Source: Takakia lepidozioides
Taxonomy: Eukaryota > Plantae > Bryophyta
DNA length: 64,000 bases
Reading direction: 5' to 3'
Assembly (NCBI GenBank): GCA_030704615.1
Contig: CM060731.1
Coordinates: 94,922,001-94,986,000 of the forward strand
A model generated the notes under the pieces. It was given only the letters and a program-made list of their open reading frames with translations, was not told the origin of the DNA and ran no database searches. How positions within the stretch are numbered: the stretch's first letter is position 1; every line of letters begins with the position of its first letter. Below are positions 48,501 to 61,164 of this stretch, in pieces. The translations under genes were made by a program, and so were the position numbers.

Positions 48501-49180
48501 CCGTTGGCAAGTCCAAGGAGAGATCTGTAAATGGTGCGATAGGGCTTCTAGCACTTGGGAATGGCCACGAGTTAAATTCTAGTATTGGACCACCATTGTT
48601 AAGTGCTTCCCAGCCGGTGCTACAGCAGCAATATGGGGTGATGTACGGGTCACAGTCACCACCAGTGCTGCCCTTGCAGCGCTCCCGTCCTCCACCCCCA
48701 CCCTTCTCGCTTCAACAGCACCAACAGGTATCCCAGGGCCCTCCCAGTTCGGCGTTTCCCCGTCCCTCTTTTCGACCTCAGATACAGCCCCCTCTGTTCA
48801 GTAATGGGAATCTGGAGTTCCCATTTGATACGCCTGCAGCTAGAGCTTTTGCTGCTGCAGGTCATGTGCATTTTCAGCCACCTCCTCACGCCTTTCGTGC
48901 TGCAATGTCACACCCATTTGTCAGCCCATCTCAGATGTTACAAGGCCCTCATCTCTTCCCAACCATGATCGTAGAGGAGGATTTCAGTGTCAAGCATCCT
49001 TCTCCGGTTGCGTCTTTACATGGGCTACCTGGTCATCATGTCCATGGGCAGCTTCGGCCTGTCCAGGATGCTTCAACGGGTTACCTTCCCCCATTTTCTA
49101 CTGATTTTTCTCGAGCTGCAAGTGACGGGTATGAGGTGGATGGGAATGGGTGGGGGGGCGCTTTGGAGAGGTGGTTTTGA
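42537..49180 (+). CDS. CBE1: CBE1-like (4E-T/EIF4ENIF1-related, At4g01290-like) eIF4E-binding protein, multi-exon
   Basis: Exon 1 (42537-42637) MPKQQVYTREALM fits YxxxxLphi. Later exons: ERDGLLGSG; VNDETFGSS..SNDERAEQERKRR|ESFEMMRREQ; MTCEDIEQTLLAE; ASQHLLALLQRG; SLEALFGKAFMRELRS. GT-AG junctions at 42638, 43171, 44551 and others. Some exon boundaries are uncertain. Confidence 0.85.
46640..47200 (+). mobile_element. Intronic non-LTR retrotransposon 3' fragment with a duplicated end
   Basis: CCHC finger CPLCGQPEDNIHFLIHC. Tandem ~90-bp duplication (aactggg.gcgggg...atggcca.aaggctatggcaaac...ttatgagtac) at 47040-47200. Confidence 0.6.
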
Positions 49181-50237
49181 GTGAGGGGAGTCAATCCAGC
49201 ATAGCAGGACCTGCCCTGTTTACCAAGCTGCTTTTTGGGGTGGATGCTGATCTCAAAATGTGTTTTGGAAATCGACATGCCTCAGGTTGCTCCCCACGAG
49301 ATATAACCAGCTTGACAACAACGTCTTCAAGTGTGTTTGCCCTCTTCAAGTGTCTTTTCACCAGTTTTTGTGCTCTTTTTGTAAGTATTGTTGCTGTATA
49401 AGGCCTTGAAACCTGCTTTTAAGCGTCATGCTGCTCATTCTAGCAAACATCAAGATAGTCAAAACACAGTGTGGTTAGGCGTTATGGCTATGTACTTAAC
49501 TTAAATGGACTGGAAATGGCTGAAGAAGTTGGCAGCAGCTACCACATGTCGCATATTGTGACTTTCGAAGGTGTAGTATGCTTAAGGATTATGTCGGCAC
49601 AGGCACGTGAGGGATAGCCAAGATTGAGCACTAGAAATGACACAAAGTAAGGTGCTCATGTGGAAAGCTGTTTGCAAGTAAATATGCGAGACTAAGCACT
49701 TTGTAGGGACATTATCAATTGCAGGTCCATTAATATTCTCTTGAATACCACGATGGGGTAGGGCACTGTGGTTTGAATTGTACACCGCCTTGTCTTCTAG
49801 GTTATCTAATCTGCTGGTTTCAGGTTTGTTTTTGGAGTGAGGGAAGGAAAAGGAAACGAAAGGGAAGGAAAGCTTGTTTAACATTCAGACCTCTCTACAC
49901 AGCTCAGGGGACTACTGGACGGTGGAAGAATTGAGCCCAAGTTCACTTTGGTGATGCACACTCAAGCCATAAAATATACGCATATTAGAGGGATGAGCCT
50001 ATGAGACAACATTATAAGTATTCAAGCTCAGGAATTGTGCAATGTGACTCTATGATGCAAGAACTTCTTCCTCCTTTTGTGCTGTAACAGCTGTAGGTAG
50101 AGTTTCTTGTATGCAAAGGAAGGATTCACTTACACCAACTTGCCTCAAATGCACCGAAAGCTTTGCATCAATGAATCATGCAGTGTATGTTGTCTAAAAA
50201 ATTGAAAAGAATAATACTTAAAAATACACACTCCCTC

Positions 50238-51003
50238 GCCTCTCATTTTTGAATAATTGGGAATTTAAGGCGTGTGTGCCAGGTAGAGGCCCATGCACGG
50301 ACGTCGGGCGCCCCCGCGACCACCTGGAGGGTCCGGGTCTGCTCGCAGGTTGGGTCTGTTGGCAGGTCGGGTCTGCTGACGGTCGGATCGGGTCCGCTCA
50401 CTACTCGCGGGTCGGGTCTCCTGGCGGGTCTTGGGTCCAACTGAATGGTCTGCTCGTCGCGCCGCAGCCCGCCCGCAGGACTTAGAAATTTTTGTGAGAA
50501 AACTCGCCCATCAAAAAGAGGGTCATTAATACACGTGCAACACCAACCGAAACCATCATTGATACACATTTGGCGCAACCAGATATGAACCCACAATCTC
50601 AAAGGTACCACTCAATGCACCCAACCACCACACTACCCGCTGCTTGTTGATACTTTAACATTTATTTTTTTCTCTTAACCTAGAAAACAGCCGCAGTCAG
50701 CCCCAACACCGCCTAGGGTTAGGGCATGCGGACCCTACCTCGCGGCAGACCCACACGAGCTGAGTCTCGCCTGGGGTCAGGGCCTGTGGACCCTACCTAG
50801 TGGCAGATTATACTTGGTGGCAAACCCACCCGGGCCGAGTCTCGCGGTAGACCATACCTGGGGCAGACCCATCCTCGCGGCAGACCCACCCGGGCCGGGT
50901 CATGGGTCGGGGCGGGGCCACCCAAGGGCGCCCGACGTCCGTGGGGCCCGCTGCCTGGCGCACACGTGAGCCTTAAACTCCCAATTATTCAACAATGAGA
51001 AGC
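50238..51003. mobile_element. Non-autonomous MULE-like element (MITE)
   Basis: ~85-bp imperfect TIRs (gc(c/t)tctcatt.ttgaataattggga.tttaagg...cacggacgtcgggcgccc). 9-bp TSD CACTCCCTC / CACTCCCTT at 50229-50237 and 51004-51012. Confidence 0.8.
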
Positions 51004-51339
51004 CACTCCCTTGTAGGCCTTTTATCAAGTGGCAAAAGCAGTATACATGTGGATGTGGGCACTCTCGACAGCGATCTGGCAAGAAACGGCCCAACAAATT
51101 GGGAATTGCTACTGTACCATGTGTTGTGACCAGTGTTGAAGGGTGTTTAAGTGCGAAGTGCAAACTTGATCTTAACCATTATAAACCAATCAATTTTAAC
51201 CACGAGAAATTAGACCAGATTTCAAAATATATTTGATCGCAACAAGCGGCTAGTTGTGATATTGAAGCCCAACCACATAATGCTATATGTAATTTGGGTC
51301 AGGCCCTCCGAGGTATTCATGCGCACAGGTACAGGACAC

Positions 51340-52232
51340 GTTGTGCTACGTCTTCTTGTGGCAGTCCATCTCGTTGCACAAAATAAGTCTCATTAGGTCT
51401 CGTCCTCCCGTGCTAGTCCGTTTTCTCGTAGCTATCAAAAGAGTCGTCGTGTCTCGTCTTCTTGTGGTAATCCGTCTTTTTGTACCAAGTCCTGGCTTCG
51501 TACGGACCAGAAGGAAAACTTCTCATGACTTCCATCATTTGTGGGGTCTCGTTTGCTTCCTTGTCTTGTGAAGCATGAACCTTTGTGAGAGATTTCCTTG
51601 AAGGTCTTCTATTCCCCTTCTTTCTCCACCATATATTCTCCTGAAGATCTCTAAGTGCATAGCTTGTTTTGATTGACAAGTGCGACAAATTGGCCTACGA
51701 GGGTTTCCAACTCTACCGTACTGTTGGAAAACACAATTCGTACCTTGCATGGGCCTTTCCAAGGCATCCTAAACTTGCCTGGGGAGATTTTCACCTTCTT
51801 GGGGTACTACAAAATGAGTTCTCCTTCCTGGATTTGCTTGACCTGTTGTTCGGAATGGTTATGGCGTTCTTGCGTACCCAACTGCACCCATTCATTGGTC
51901 TATTTTGTATCCCAATGTAACTCCTCCAATTTGAACAAATCATCAACTCTTGCTCGCAGAGTAACCGCCGTGCTGTAATCCCTTGAACTTTCCGATTTGT
52001 AAATCAGCACCACGAATTCGGCTAACATAAGTAGTTGCAACCCGTAAGCGAGTTGGGATGGTGATTGTCTCGTGCTAGTCTTGAAAGCGGTCATGTATGC
52101 CCAGAGGATCATGGGTAGCAATGTGTCCCAATCCATTCTGTTAGCATTACAGAGCTTTGCTAGCATCGTCCCCAACATCTTGTTGGTTCACTCAGCCTGC
52201 CCATTGCCTTGTGGGTAATAAGTGGTAGACTT
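51340..52232 (-). mobile_element. Ty3/gypsy (non-chromovirus) integrase C-terminal fragment
   Basis: STTYYPQGNGQAE*TNK...DWDTLLPMILWAY.TAFKTST..SP..LAYG, and a GPY/F-like WKGP motif. Confidence 0.85.
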
Positions 52233-52967
52233 CACTCTCTCAGGGGGGGTAGGTGGGAGTGGGGGGCGGGGAGGGCGGAGCTCCGCTCTCCCGCCGCCAG
52301 CCTTAGCTACTTCATGTAACCATGACTAATACTTTAGGGATTTGCAAATTTTTAGCACAAGTGTCTCTTTTCCCTCGTTCCGTTAGTGATGCCGCTAATT
52401 TAACCTCCACTTCAGCCTTAGCTTCGTGTGCCGCCATGGCATGGTCCAATATTCGCCCCACTGTTGCACTCCCGCCTCACCGCTCTGATCTCCTCTATCT
52501 GTCTAGAAAGCACACCCTTCTTCCCAGGCTCCGTTTAAGCTACTCTATAATAGTTTTCATTTGGTTACAAGTTGTCAATTTTTTGCTGTCTGCTCACTAC
52601 AGAGATACTATCAGCTCGCAAGCCCCGGATGTGCCCCGGATACATGTCCTCCTCCCAATTGCGCACCTTCTGCAAGGATTTTGCCCGTAATTGCCTCAAG
52701 TTCCCCCTATCAAGTTTCTATGCAACAACGTCATCAGCTTTCAGCTGTCGAGTCCCTGCACCTACGCGCAGCCCTCGGCCCCCAGCACCCACCCCAGGCA
52801 CTACAACGATGGCCATTGGCGCGCTGTTGGTGCTCAATCTATCCACATAAACGCTCCGTTGCATAGTGATTTATGTCTCCAGCGGGGCTCTTGCATGCCC
52901 ACACTGAAGCTAGGGCTACACACCAACTCACGAGCCCGACCACCGATCGAGATGAACCGCTATTTGT

Positions 52968-55222
52968 TTAACTAAATATTTGTCTAGTCAATCAACTAAC
53001 TATTCCTGGCCTCCTTCACCCGCTAGTACCATCTGCCACCAGAAACTACGACTTCCTGTCGCACTACAAAGGCTAACGCCTGCTGGGTAGCTCCTCTTCG
53101 CTACCCTCTTGGCGCCAGAACCGCGTCAAGGCTCTCCCGATCAGCTCTGCTAAACTATCTACGCAAAGGCGGTCATCCCCTGGCTTCCTACTGCTCTCTA
53201 TCAATGCTACGACGTATCCCATCCCAGTGCCCTAATGTAGCAAAGCCAGTAGTCGTGCTTGCCCCTGTTGTAGTGCACAAGAGCGAGGATAGCTTGGTCG
53301 ATTTGGTCGTCGCTCATTCTTCCTACGAGACCTATCTATCTTCCTATCTGGGTTCTTGCCCTCTAGTGGCTACACTATGAAGCCACAACATAGCGCGTTA
53401 CCATACAAAATACAAGAAGAAGACAACACAACGACACAAGGTACACACTGTCCATTCCAGAATTTCTCCTTCGTATGCTTACTATAAGGCGATCCCCAAA
53501 ACCAAGGTGTCTGGCTACTCAATCTTACAAGTACAACGTGGGTCGCGGCCCGAACTCTCTTCCAGCGCTGTCTCTCTTTGCTGATTACTACTTTAGCCTG
53601 ACTAGCGCTCTACTACTACTACCATTATCCCCCTCTTACTCTGGTTGCTAAGCCTCCGTCAATCTGCTACTGCGCTCTCCACCTGAGTCTCTCTCTCGCT
53701 TCTCCCAAAATCGCAGCAACTACCTCCGGCATTTGCACTCGCTCCTTCTCTCCCACTCTTCTTTTCTCTCTCTCTCTCTTCTGCCCTCATGGCATGGCCT
53801 AGATCTCTGCTTGTGAGGTCCTTCCCCTGCTGCTGCCATGATTGTGTCCTTCAATCGTCCTCGTGATGATTGGGGCTGGGGCGTGAAGTCCTTCCTTCTG
53901 CACAAGAAAGTACGTTGTCCATTTGTCCTCGCAGCAACCTGTCCTCCTCGCCACTTCCCGCGTCCTCATAGCCAAGATCGAGTCCGTAGTCCCTACGAGA
54001 CTTGTAGTCGTTAGGGTTGTCGTTGCTTATTTTTCCACCTTGCCGCTCCTTCCACTACGAGCTCGTTGGATCTTCCTCCGGTAGTTACCCCCCCCGCCCC
54101 CTCTCCTGCATCAAACGGAGGGTTAGTTAAATATTTGTCTAGTCCATCAACTAACTATCCCCGACCTCCTTCACCCACTGGTACCATCTGCCACCAGAAA
54201 CTATGACTTCCTCTTGCACTACGAAGGCTGACTCCCGCTGGGTAGCTCCTCTTCGCTACCCTCTTGCCAGAACCGCATCAAGGCCCTCCCGATCAGCTCT
54301 ACTAGACTATCTACGCTAAGGCGATCATCCCCCAGCTTCCTACTGCTCTCTATCAATGCTACGACGTACCCAGTGCCCCAATGTAGCAGAGCCAGCAGTC
54401 CTGCTCGCCCCTGGTGTAGGGCACAAGAGTGAGGATAGCTTGGTCGATCTGGTCCTCGCTTATTCTTCCTACGAGACCTATCTATCTTCCTATTTGGGTT
54501 CTTGTCCTCCGGTGGCTACACTATGAAGCCACAGCGTAGCGCGATGGGGGCAAGATCCTAGTATTGAACCATACAAAATACAAGAAGCAGACAACACAAC
54601 GACACAAGGTACACGCTGTCCATTCCAAAATTTCTCCTTCGTATGCTTACCATAAGGCGATCCCCAAAATCGAGGTGCCTAGCTACTCAATCTTACGCGT
54701 ACAAGGTGGGTCGCAGCCTGAACTCTCTTCCAGCGCTGTCTCTCTCTGCTGATTACTACTTTAGCCTGACTAGCGTTCTACTCTTACTGCCATTATCCCC
54801 CTCTTACTCTGGTTGTTAAGCCTCCATCAATTGCTACTGCGCTCTCCACTTGAGTCTCTCCCTCACTTCTCCCAAAATCGCAGCAACTACCTCCGGCCTT
54901 TGCAACTCGCTCCTTCTCTCCCCAGGCTTCTTATTCTCTCTCTCTCTTTTGCGCCCCTCATGGCATTGCCTAGATCTCTGCTTGCAAGCGTCCTTCCCCT
55001 GCTGCTCCCATGATCGTGTCCTTCAATCGTCCTCGTGATGATTGGGGTTGGGGCGTGAAGTCCTTCCTTCCGCACAAGAAAGTACGTTGTCCCTTTGTCC
55101 TCGCAGCAGCCTGTCTTCCTCGCTGCTTCCCGCGTACTCCTCGTAGCCGAGATCGAGTCTGTAGTCCCTGCAAAACTCGTAGTCGTTGGGGTTGTTGTTG
55201 CTCGTTTTTCCACCTTGCCGCT
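52968..55222. repeat. Tandem direct duplication, ~1.1-1.15 kb unit (52968-54050; 54123-55222), degenerate TE-like
   Basis: Colinear matches such as taaatatttgtctagtc, accatctgccaccagaaac, cacaagaaagtacgttgtcc and ttttccaccttgccgctc in both units. Confidence 0.9.
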
Positions 55223-55580
55223 CTATTTTCTCTGTTATGTCACTCTCTTTCTAGCGGTTCCGCCGCTTTAACTCTGTCCCCATTTGCAACCATGGCCGCC
55301 CCCATGCCTCCAGCTCCGGCGTTCTGTGCTGCTATGCCTCATTCTTCTTGCTTCCTCTCACGCTCAGTCAATGTTCACTACAGCCTTCTTATGGTGCTTC
55401 TTTTAAGTTTTTTTTTGCAGCTTTCTGAGTGGTTTCACTAATCGGGCCCCAACACAATGTGCTCACGACTTCCATCAACACCAACAAATCCTCGTCATGA
55501 ATGCGCATGAAGTGTTTTCTTCCTACTCCAGCGAGTGGCCTATTCATCACGCTCTTCCTCCTATCGACATGCACTGCAAC

Positions 55581-56615
55581 TCTTGCGGACCTCACTTCGG
55601 TAAGCTCCCTGTCAAGTTATTTTACTACTAGTGTGAAACTAGCTAGGAAATAGCTAGCTTTTACATATTGACATTTGGGATTGGCCCAAGTATCAATCCA
55701 GGGGTCAAGGCAGATTTAGGCCCTGGAGTGGTTATCTTCACGGCAAGCGCGGGAGGCTCATCTTTCTCGAGTTGAGCCTCACCGCGCCTAGCTATGGCGC
55801 CGTAGTGTGGATTCCCCATGGCATGGGGTGCACTTGGCTTGACTTGTATTTGAGTGATGAGGTTATATATGCATGAGTTTATGCTTCAGCTTTGTGAGCT
55901 CGCATGAGCTTCTGCTTGTATTCTTTTTTGTATCACTCGAGAAAGATTGTGTGGACTAGTGACTGCCATAGTGGCAGCCTAGTGACTGACTAGTTGTAGC
56001 CTAGTGGTTGGACTAGTGGCTGGACCAGTGGTGGACTAGTGATATACTAGTGTGTGGCGTGCACATGTGTTGTGTGGTTTTGGACAGCGATGTAGTTGTG
56101 TAGCGATATGTATGCGCACGACATCCCTTTCAAGTCATAGTTACTCGCTTTGATGCGCGCGCCTAACTCCCAAACTGGCCGCCGGGCCAACTCGGAGCTT
56201 CGTCTGCTCACCGGGGCATAACGGTCCCCCTCACACTCCCACTCGACCCTCGACCTGTGGGGTTCAGTTGAAATTCCCTTTGGTAGATGGCAGTCCGGAA
56301 CAGCTCCCCACACCTTGGTCACTTTCTGGCTCGCACGCTTACTCCCTAGTTTTTGGTCACCAACGGGCTTGCACCGTTCTCGAGGTTATTACTCCCTATA
56401 TATACTTCTATAGGTGTCCGCGAGGGTTCCACAAGTAGCACCCTCCAAATCTGGTGCACCACCACTTAGACCCTCGATCGTCCCAGTGGTGAGCCGCGGT
56501 GAGTCTTGGCCCACCCACCACGGCTCCAATGGACCGTGGTGAGTCCCAAGACTCCCCACGACTCCCACCACAAGGCCTCAGCCTCATGGTGAGTCCTATG
56601 CCACCCCCCAACTAG
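55581..56615 (-). mobile_element. Diverged LTR of the chromovirus family, interrupted by another solo LTR
   Basis: cctcacttcggtaagctccc (55590) and caagtcatagttactcgctttgatgcgcgc... (56131 onward) are reverse complements of the LTR at 28574-29439. Confidence 0.85.
55610..56123. mobile_element. Solo LTR (514 bp) inserted in the chromovirus LTR
   Basis: TGTC...GACA ends flanked by a TCCC direct repeat. The host LTR sequence resumes exactly after it. Confidence 0.7.
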
Positions 56616-57767
56616 TAGGGCTGATGTTTTGTTCCAGTTGACCTTAAAGCCTGACGCTTGGCAGAAGGTCTGTAGTGTATCCCCAACATTGTCCAAGTTT
56701 CCTGGGGTTGTTTGAAGCATGATAAAGGTATCATCGACAAACATTGAGTCTACCAAGTGAGATGGTTGTTTGGTGATGTAGTTTGTCATGCGAAGGCCTT
56801 TAATGTTTTGATTCTTCTCCAACAAGTAGCCGAGGGAATCAGCCACTATAAGGAAAAGGAAAGGGGCCAATGGGCAGCCTTGGCAGACTCATCGTTGCAA
56901 GGGAAAAGAGGAAGAGATGTGACCATTTACGATGATTCGGCTTGAAGAGGTGGTAAGTAAAATCTTGACCCATTTACAGAAGTGTGGAGGGATACCAATC
57001 TTAGCTAGGGCTGCCAAGAGGAAGTTCCACTCGACCTTGTCGAACGCCTTTTCGAAATCCAGAAGCAACATGGTGATAGCGTGGCTTGTTCTAGCTGCAA
57101 ATTTGGGGACCTCTTGAGCCAAGAGCAGGTTGTCCAGGATAAATCTTCCCTTGATGAACCCCATTTGATTGGGACGGATTAGGGAGGGGAGGAGTGGCTG
57201 TAGTCTTAGAGCCAGGGTTTTTGCAATAATTTTATATGCCACATTCAACAAGGTGATTGGGCGGTAGTTAGAGATATTGGTTTTGTCCCCCTTTTTGTAC
57301 AACAATGTGATAACCCCTGTGACATGGCTTCTGGCATGGAGCCCTGGTGAAATAGATGGTTCGCCATTGCGGTGAAGTCATATGAGATGTCAGACCACAT
57401 GGCCTTGTAGAACTCAACAGATAGGCCGTCCATCCCCGGGGCCTTGTTGTTTTGGAGTTTATCCAAGGCGTCTTCTAATTCTGCTTCAGATAAATCCCCC
57501 TCCAACGATGAAGCTTTCTGACCGGAGAGGATGGTTGGGGTGTAGGGCAGGCAAGCGGTTTGGGAGGGAGTTGGTATGAGGTTCACCATGTCACTTTTAA
57601 ACAGCTGCTGGAAATGCTTGCGGGATAGGTCCGCCATGGCTTTGGGGGTTGTGGCAGAAAAGCCAGAAGACTGATGGCTTGATATGCCCTGCATAATCTG
57701 GTCTTATCGAAGAAATATTTTGTCACATTTTCGCCCTTGGTAGGCCAATTCACTCCCGCTAGGGTTC
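56616..57767 (-). mobile_element. L1-like LINE reverse transcriptase fragment
   Basis: KAPGMDG; YRPITLLNVAYKIIAK; LLLDFEKAFDKV; QGCPLAPFLF; FVDD. Same family as the ORF2 at 23416. Confidence 0.92.
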
Positions 57768-58072
57768 TGTTTGGTATACTAACAGAGGTATAGTCTGAGC
57801 TGATTAGGGTCCACATATGGTGATACATCAACAGAGGTATAGTAAAAGGGACAAGCTCATGTTTGGTATACTAACAGAGGTATAGTCTGAGCTGATTAGG
57901 GTTCACATATGGTGATACCTCAATAGAGGTATAGTAAAATGGACAAGCTCATGTTTGGTATACTAACAGAGGTATAGTCTCACATTAGGGTTCACATATG
58001 GTGATACCTCAACAGAGGTATAGTCAAAGGGACAAGCTCCTGTTTGGTATACTAATAGAGGTATAGTCTGAG
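57768..58072. repeat. Minisatellite, ~92-bp unit x ~3.3
   Basis: tgtttggtatactaacagaggtatagtctgagc... starts at 57768, 57860, 57952 and 58041. Confidence 0.92.
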
Positions 58073-58079
58073 CATACAC

Positions 58080-60060
58080 TACTAGGGTTTGTAATGAAGA
58101 GCTAGAATGCAAGTCCTTGACTTCTATGCTTCTACTCAAGCAAAAAATGGTCTCTAGGTGGTCATAAGAGGCATCTTCTTGCTCTCTTCCACCCCAATGT
58201 GCAACCAAGAGTGGTCCAACTCAACTTGCAAGTCATTGTCCACCAAATCAATCCCCCTTCTAGTCCTTGGGGTTTGATTGCAAACTACCATATCTCCATT
58301 GCCGAGCAATCATGCATTTGTCTCCTCATCACTTGACAATTGCTCCAAATCAACACAAATTATCTCAATGTGTAGGAGCAATGTTTGTCACTTACAATAA
58401 TGCTCCCAAGCAATCCGCCTTGGATCCCACTCTCACGCCATATGCCTCATTTGGGGTCTTGCACCAATCCATCATCCATGTGCTCCCCGTGGTCATTTGA
58501 ATGCATGTTTCATGACCTCTTGGCCTATGTGTTGCTCTCCTTCATTATAACATGAATCAACACCTCTCCACTTCACACACAAATGGATCTCAAATGCCTT
58601 CACCTCTTGCTAGTTCAAGAGTTCCCCTTCTCAAACTTGAACTTACAAACTCAAGCGAACATGCTCCACACATGCACCACTTGCTTGGTCAACTATCCAC
58701 CACAAAGCTCGCACTACCAAGAGCATAAATAGCCAAGTATTGCCTCCCCCTCTTGTCACATTACATAGTTAGGGTGAAGCTATGCATACATTGAATGATG
58801 ATTTCCCTTCAAGGATTTCCCACCACATGTTCTCCAAGCCCTTCCAATGGCACCCTAAGCTTGGCTCCACACCACCATGATTGGAAGATTTCTTCACATG
58901 CTCCCTTTCAAAACCTCTTGAGCTTCTTAGTGCTCTCCAAGTGCTTGCCCTTGTTGTCTTCAAGCCCAAGCATATATAGCTCCTTGGCTTCTCTTCCACA
59001 ACATCCACACTTTGAACTTGCTTAACCCTAGCTTGATAGTGAAATGAGCACTAACAAGCCTTTAGTCACTCTCCACAAGCCATGGCGCACACCATCGACT
59101 CCATAATGCATACAAAGGATTCTCAAACCCTAGAATCCATGCTTCCACACACACAACACTTCCTCCTTACAATCCTTGCAAAATCTTGTGACTCAAGAGC
59201 TTTCTTCTCAAGCTCTCCAACTCCTTGGTGCATGCAATACTCGAGCACCTTTCCTTGCAACCCCTTGCAAGCCTTGTGATACAAGAGCTAAATTCTCCTA
59301 GCTCTCAACCTCTTTAAAATACAAGTGCAAAACTAATCCTTACACTCCGCACTCACAAGCATAAGGTGATCTTCTTGTAGTGATAAGAGATGAGAAATGA
59401 GAGAAGTAGAAGACAATGAAAGCTCTCAAAGCATGAAGCAATCACATGAAGAACAAGCCCTAAGTCCTTCCAAGTGAAATCCACTCTATCACATAAACTA
59501 AGTCAAGCCAAGGGCACCTTTGCTTATAAATCAGTGGTTACCTACCACATACATCCATATACCAAATTGCAAAAAAAATCACCACAAAAATTTGAAGATT
59601 ATAGTATTTTGGTGGGGGTTGTTTTCTTTTTTGGGAATTTGAGAAACCTGCAATGTCAGGTTTGACCAAGCAATTGCAGTGCCGGGTTGATTTTTTCTGG
59701 GCCCACCGCACCCACAGTTATATCCTATTCCAAGTATGCACAAATTTCATGCTAAAATGATGCGCTACATGCTCTTGGTATGTATTCTTTGGGGGGTTCA
59801 GATATGTTCCAGAACATGGAATTTCTAACATTGTCAAAATGTGTGCTGAAATCCAAGACTTTTTTATATCCGAGTGGTGAGAGAATGAGTTCCTATGATC
59901 CTCATCATAATGTTAAATTTTTTTGGGAATCCAATGGTGAATTTTTCAAGTATTGAGGCCTAAGTGGGGCCAAGTGTTTTGGAGCTGGCTGTTGCATGCA
60001 CCAATAGAAAGTTGCCACGTAGGTAGTCAACCCTGCCTAGCCCCTCTCCTTACCTAACCC
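58080..60060 (-). mobile_element. Heavily degenerate LTR-retrotransposon-like sequence (possibly copia)
   Basis: Strand-biased composition typical of gag/LTR regions. No intact motif. Confidence 0.3.
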
Positions 60061-60210
60061 CAACGTTTTTGCAAAAATCTGCAGGTCAGGGTTTAACTCC
60101 AAATGCATTTATTTCCACTTGTGGGTGGGGACTATCTTGTCAGCAAATTTATTGCTTCAGGAATAGTTTAATTTCAATAAAATTGCAGCAAGATATGGGC
60201 ATTTATCTAA

Positions 60211-60547
60211 CAGGTCGAGACCCGATTCAGGTCGCCTAGGAAGTTAAGGGTTAAATGTCAAATTTTAATTTTTTTTAAACAGTTTCTACATATATATATA
60301 TATTAGTTCATATATATATTTATCTATTAAAACTAAAACCCGAAAAAAAAGAAAAAAGAAAAAGAAAAAAGAAAAAAAACGGATCCCTGACCTGCTATAC
60401 TGGCGACCGGGTTGCGGGTTTAGCGGGTTCTGGACCTGGCAGGCGGATCAGGGTTCATGAACCCTGTCAGAGTCCGAGTTTTTGGTGATAGCACGGGATC
60501 CGTACCGCCGGGTACCCGGGGTCGAAACCCAGACCTGCACAATAGTG
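60211..60547. mobile_element. Possible small DNA transposon relic with ACCCG/CGGGT subterminal repeats
   Basis: Clustered cgggtt/acccg motifs around an AT-rich core. TIR and TSD not established. Confidence 0.35.
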
Positions 60548-61164
60548 ATCCCTTCCCCATGGTTGGTTTCTTCCCTAAACTTACAATTGGTACCTTACCT
60601 TCTCTGTAATGATAAACAGTGTTGACCATCCTTCTTCATTAAGAATTGAACAATTTACAAGCAACAAGAGAGGCTAACGATTTCTTTTGAGCAGGTAATC
60701 TATCTCTCTTTCTCTCTTAGTGCACCACTCGTGAAAGATCCAAGTGAATTATCCCATATGTATTTTCTATAAAATCAAAGTAGCTGCGGCAGAAGATAAA
60801 GCAAAAGAAATGTTCCGTTCCTTCGTTCTACCAGACTTCTAAAGCTAAGACACTGAAACAAACTGAAACAGGGAACTCTTACAGACATGCCATTCTCTAG
60901 GCAGGCACCTTCAATTTGGGCAGATAGCTTTTACAACCAAGGATAAACGTGTCCAATCTACAGCTTGCCACTAAACACCTGACAAAACACTTGCAACTTG
61001 CAACACTTCAGTTTGTCGCGGGAGTCAGGTAGAGGGCATGATCTTTGGAATATTCCACCACTGTACAGCCCATTCCCATGAAGAGATTGTCGGGTACACT
61101 TCCATATGCTTTGTTCTGCTTGTCCTGCTGCCAAATAACAGTCTATACAACCAGGTTCTAATTT

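Noticed and set aside
50712-50724. Telomere-like TAGGGTTAGGG
   Set aside because: Only two units, located inside a MITE.
59372-59382. TTCTTGTAGTG as a second CACTA terminus
   Set aside because: No subterminal repeats or matching TSD, and it has the same orientation as the end at 16710. Likely chance.
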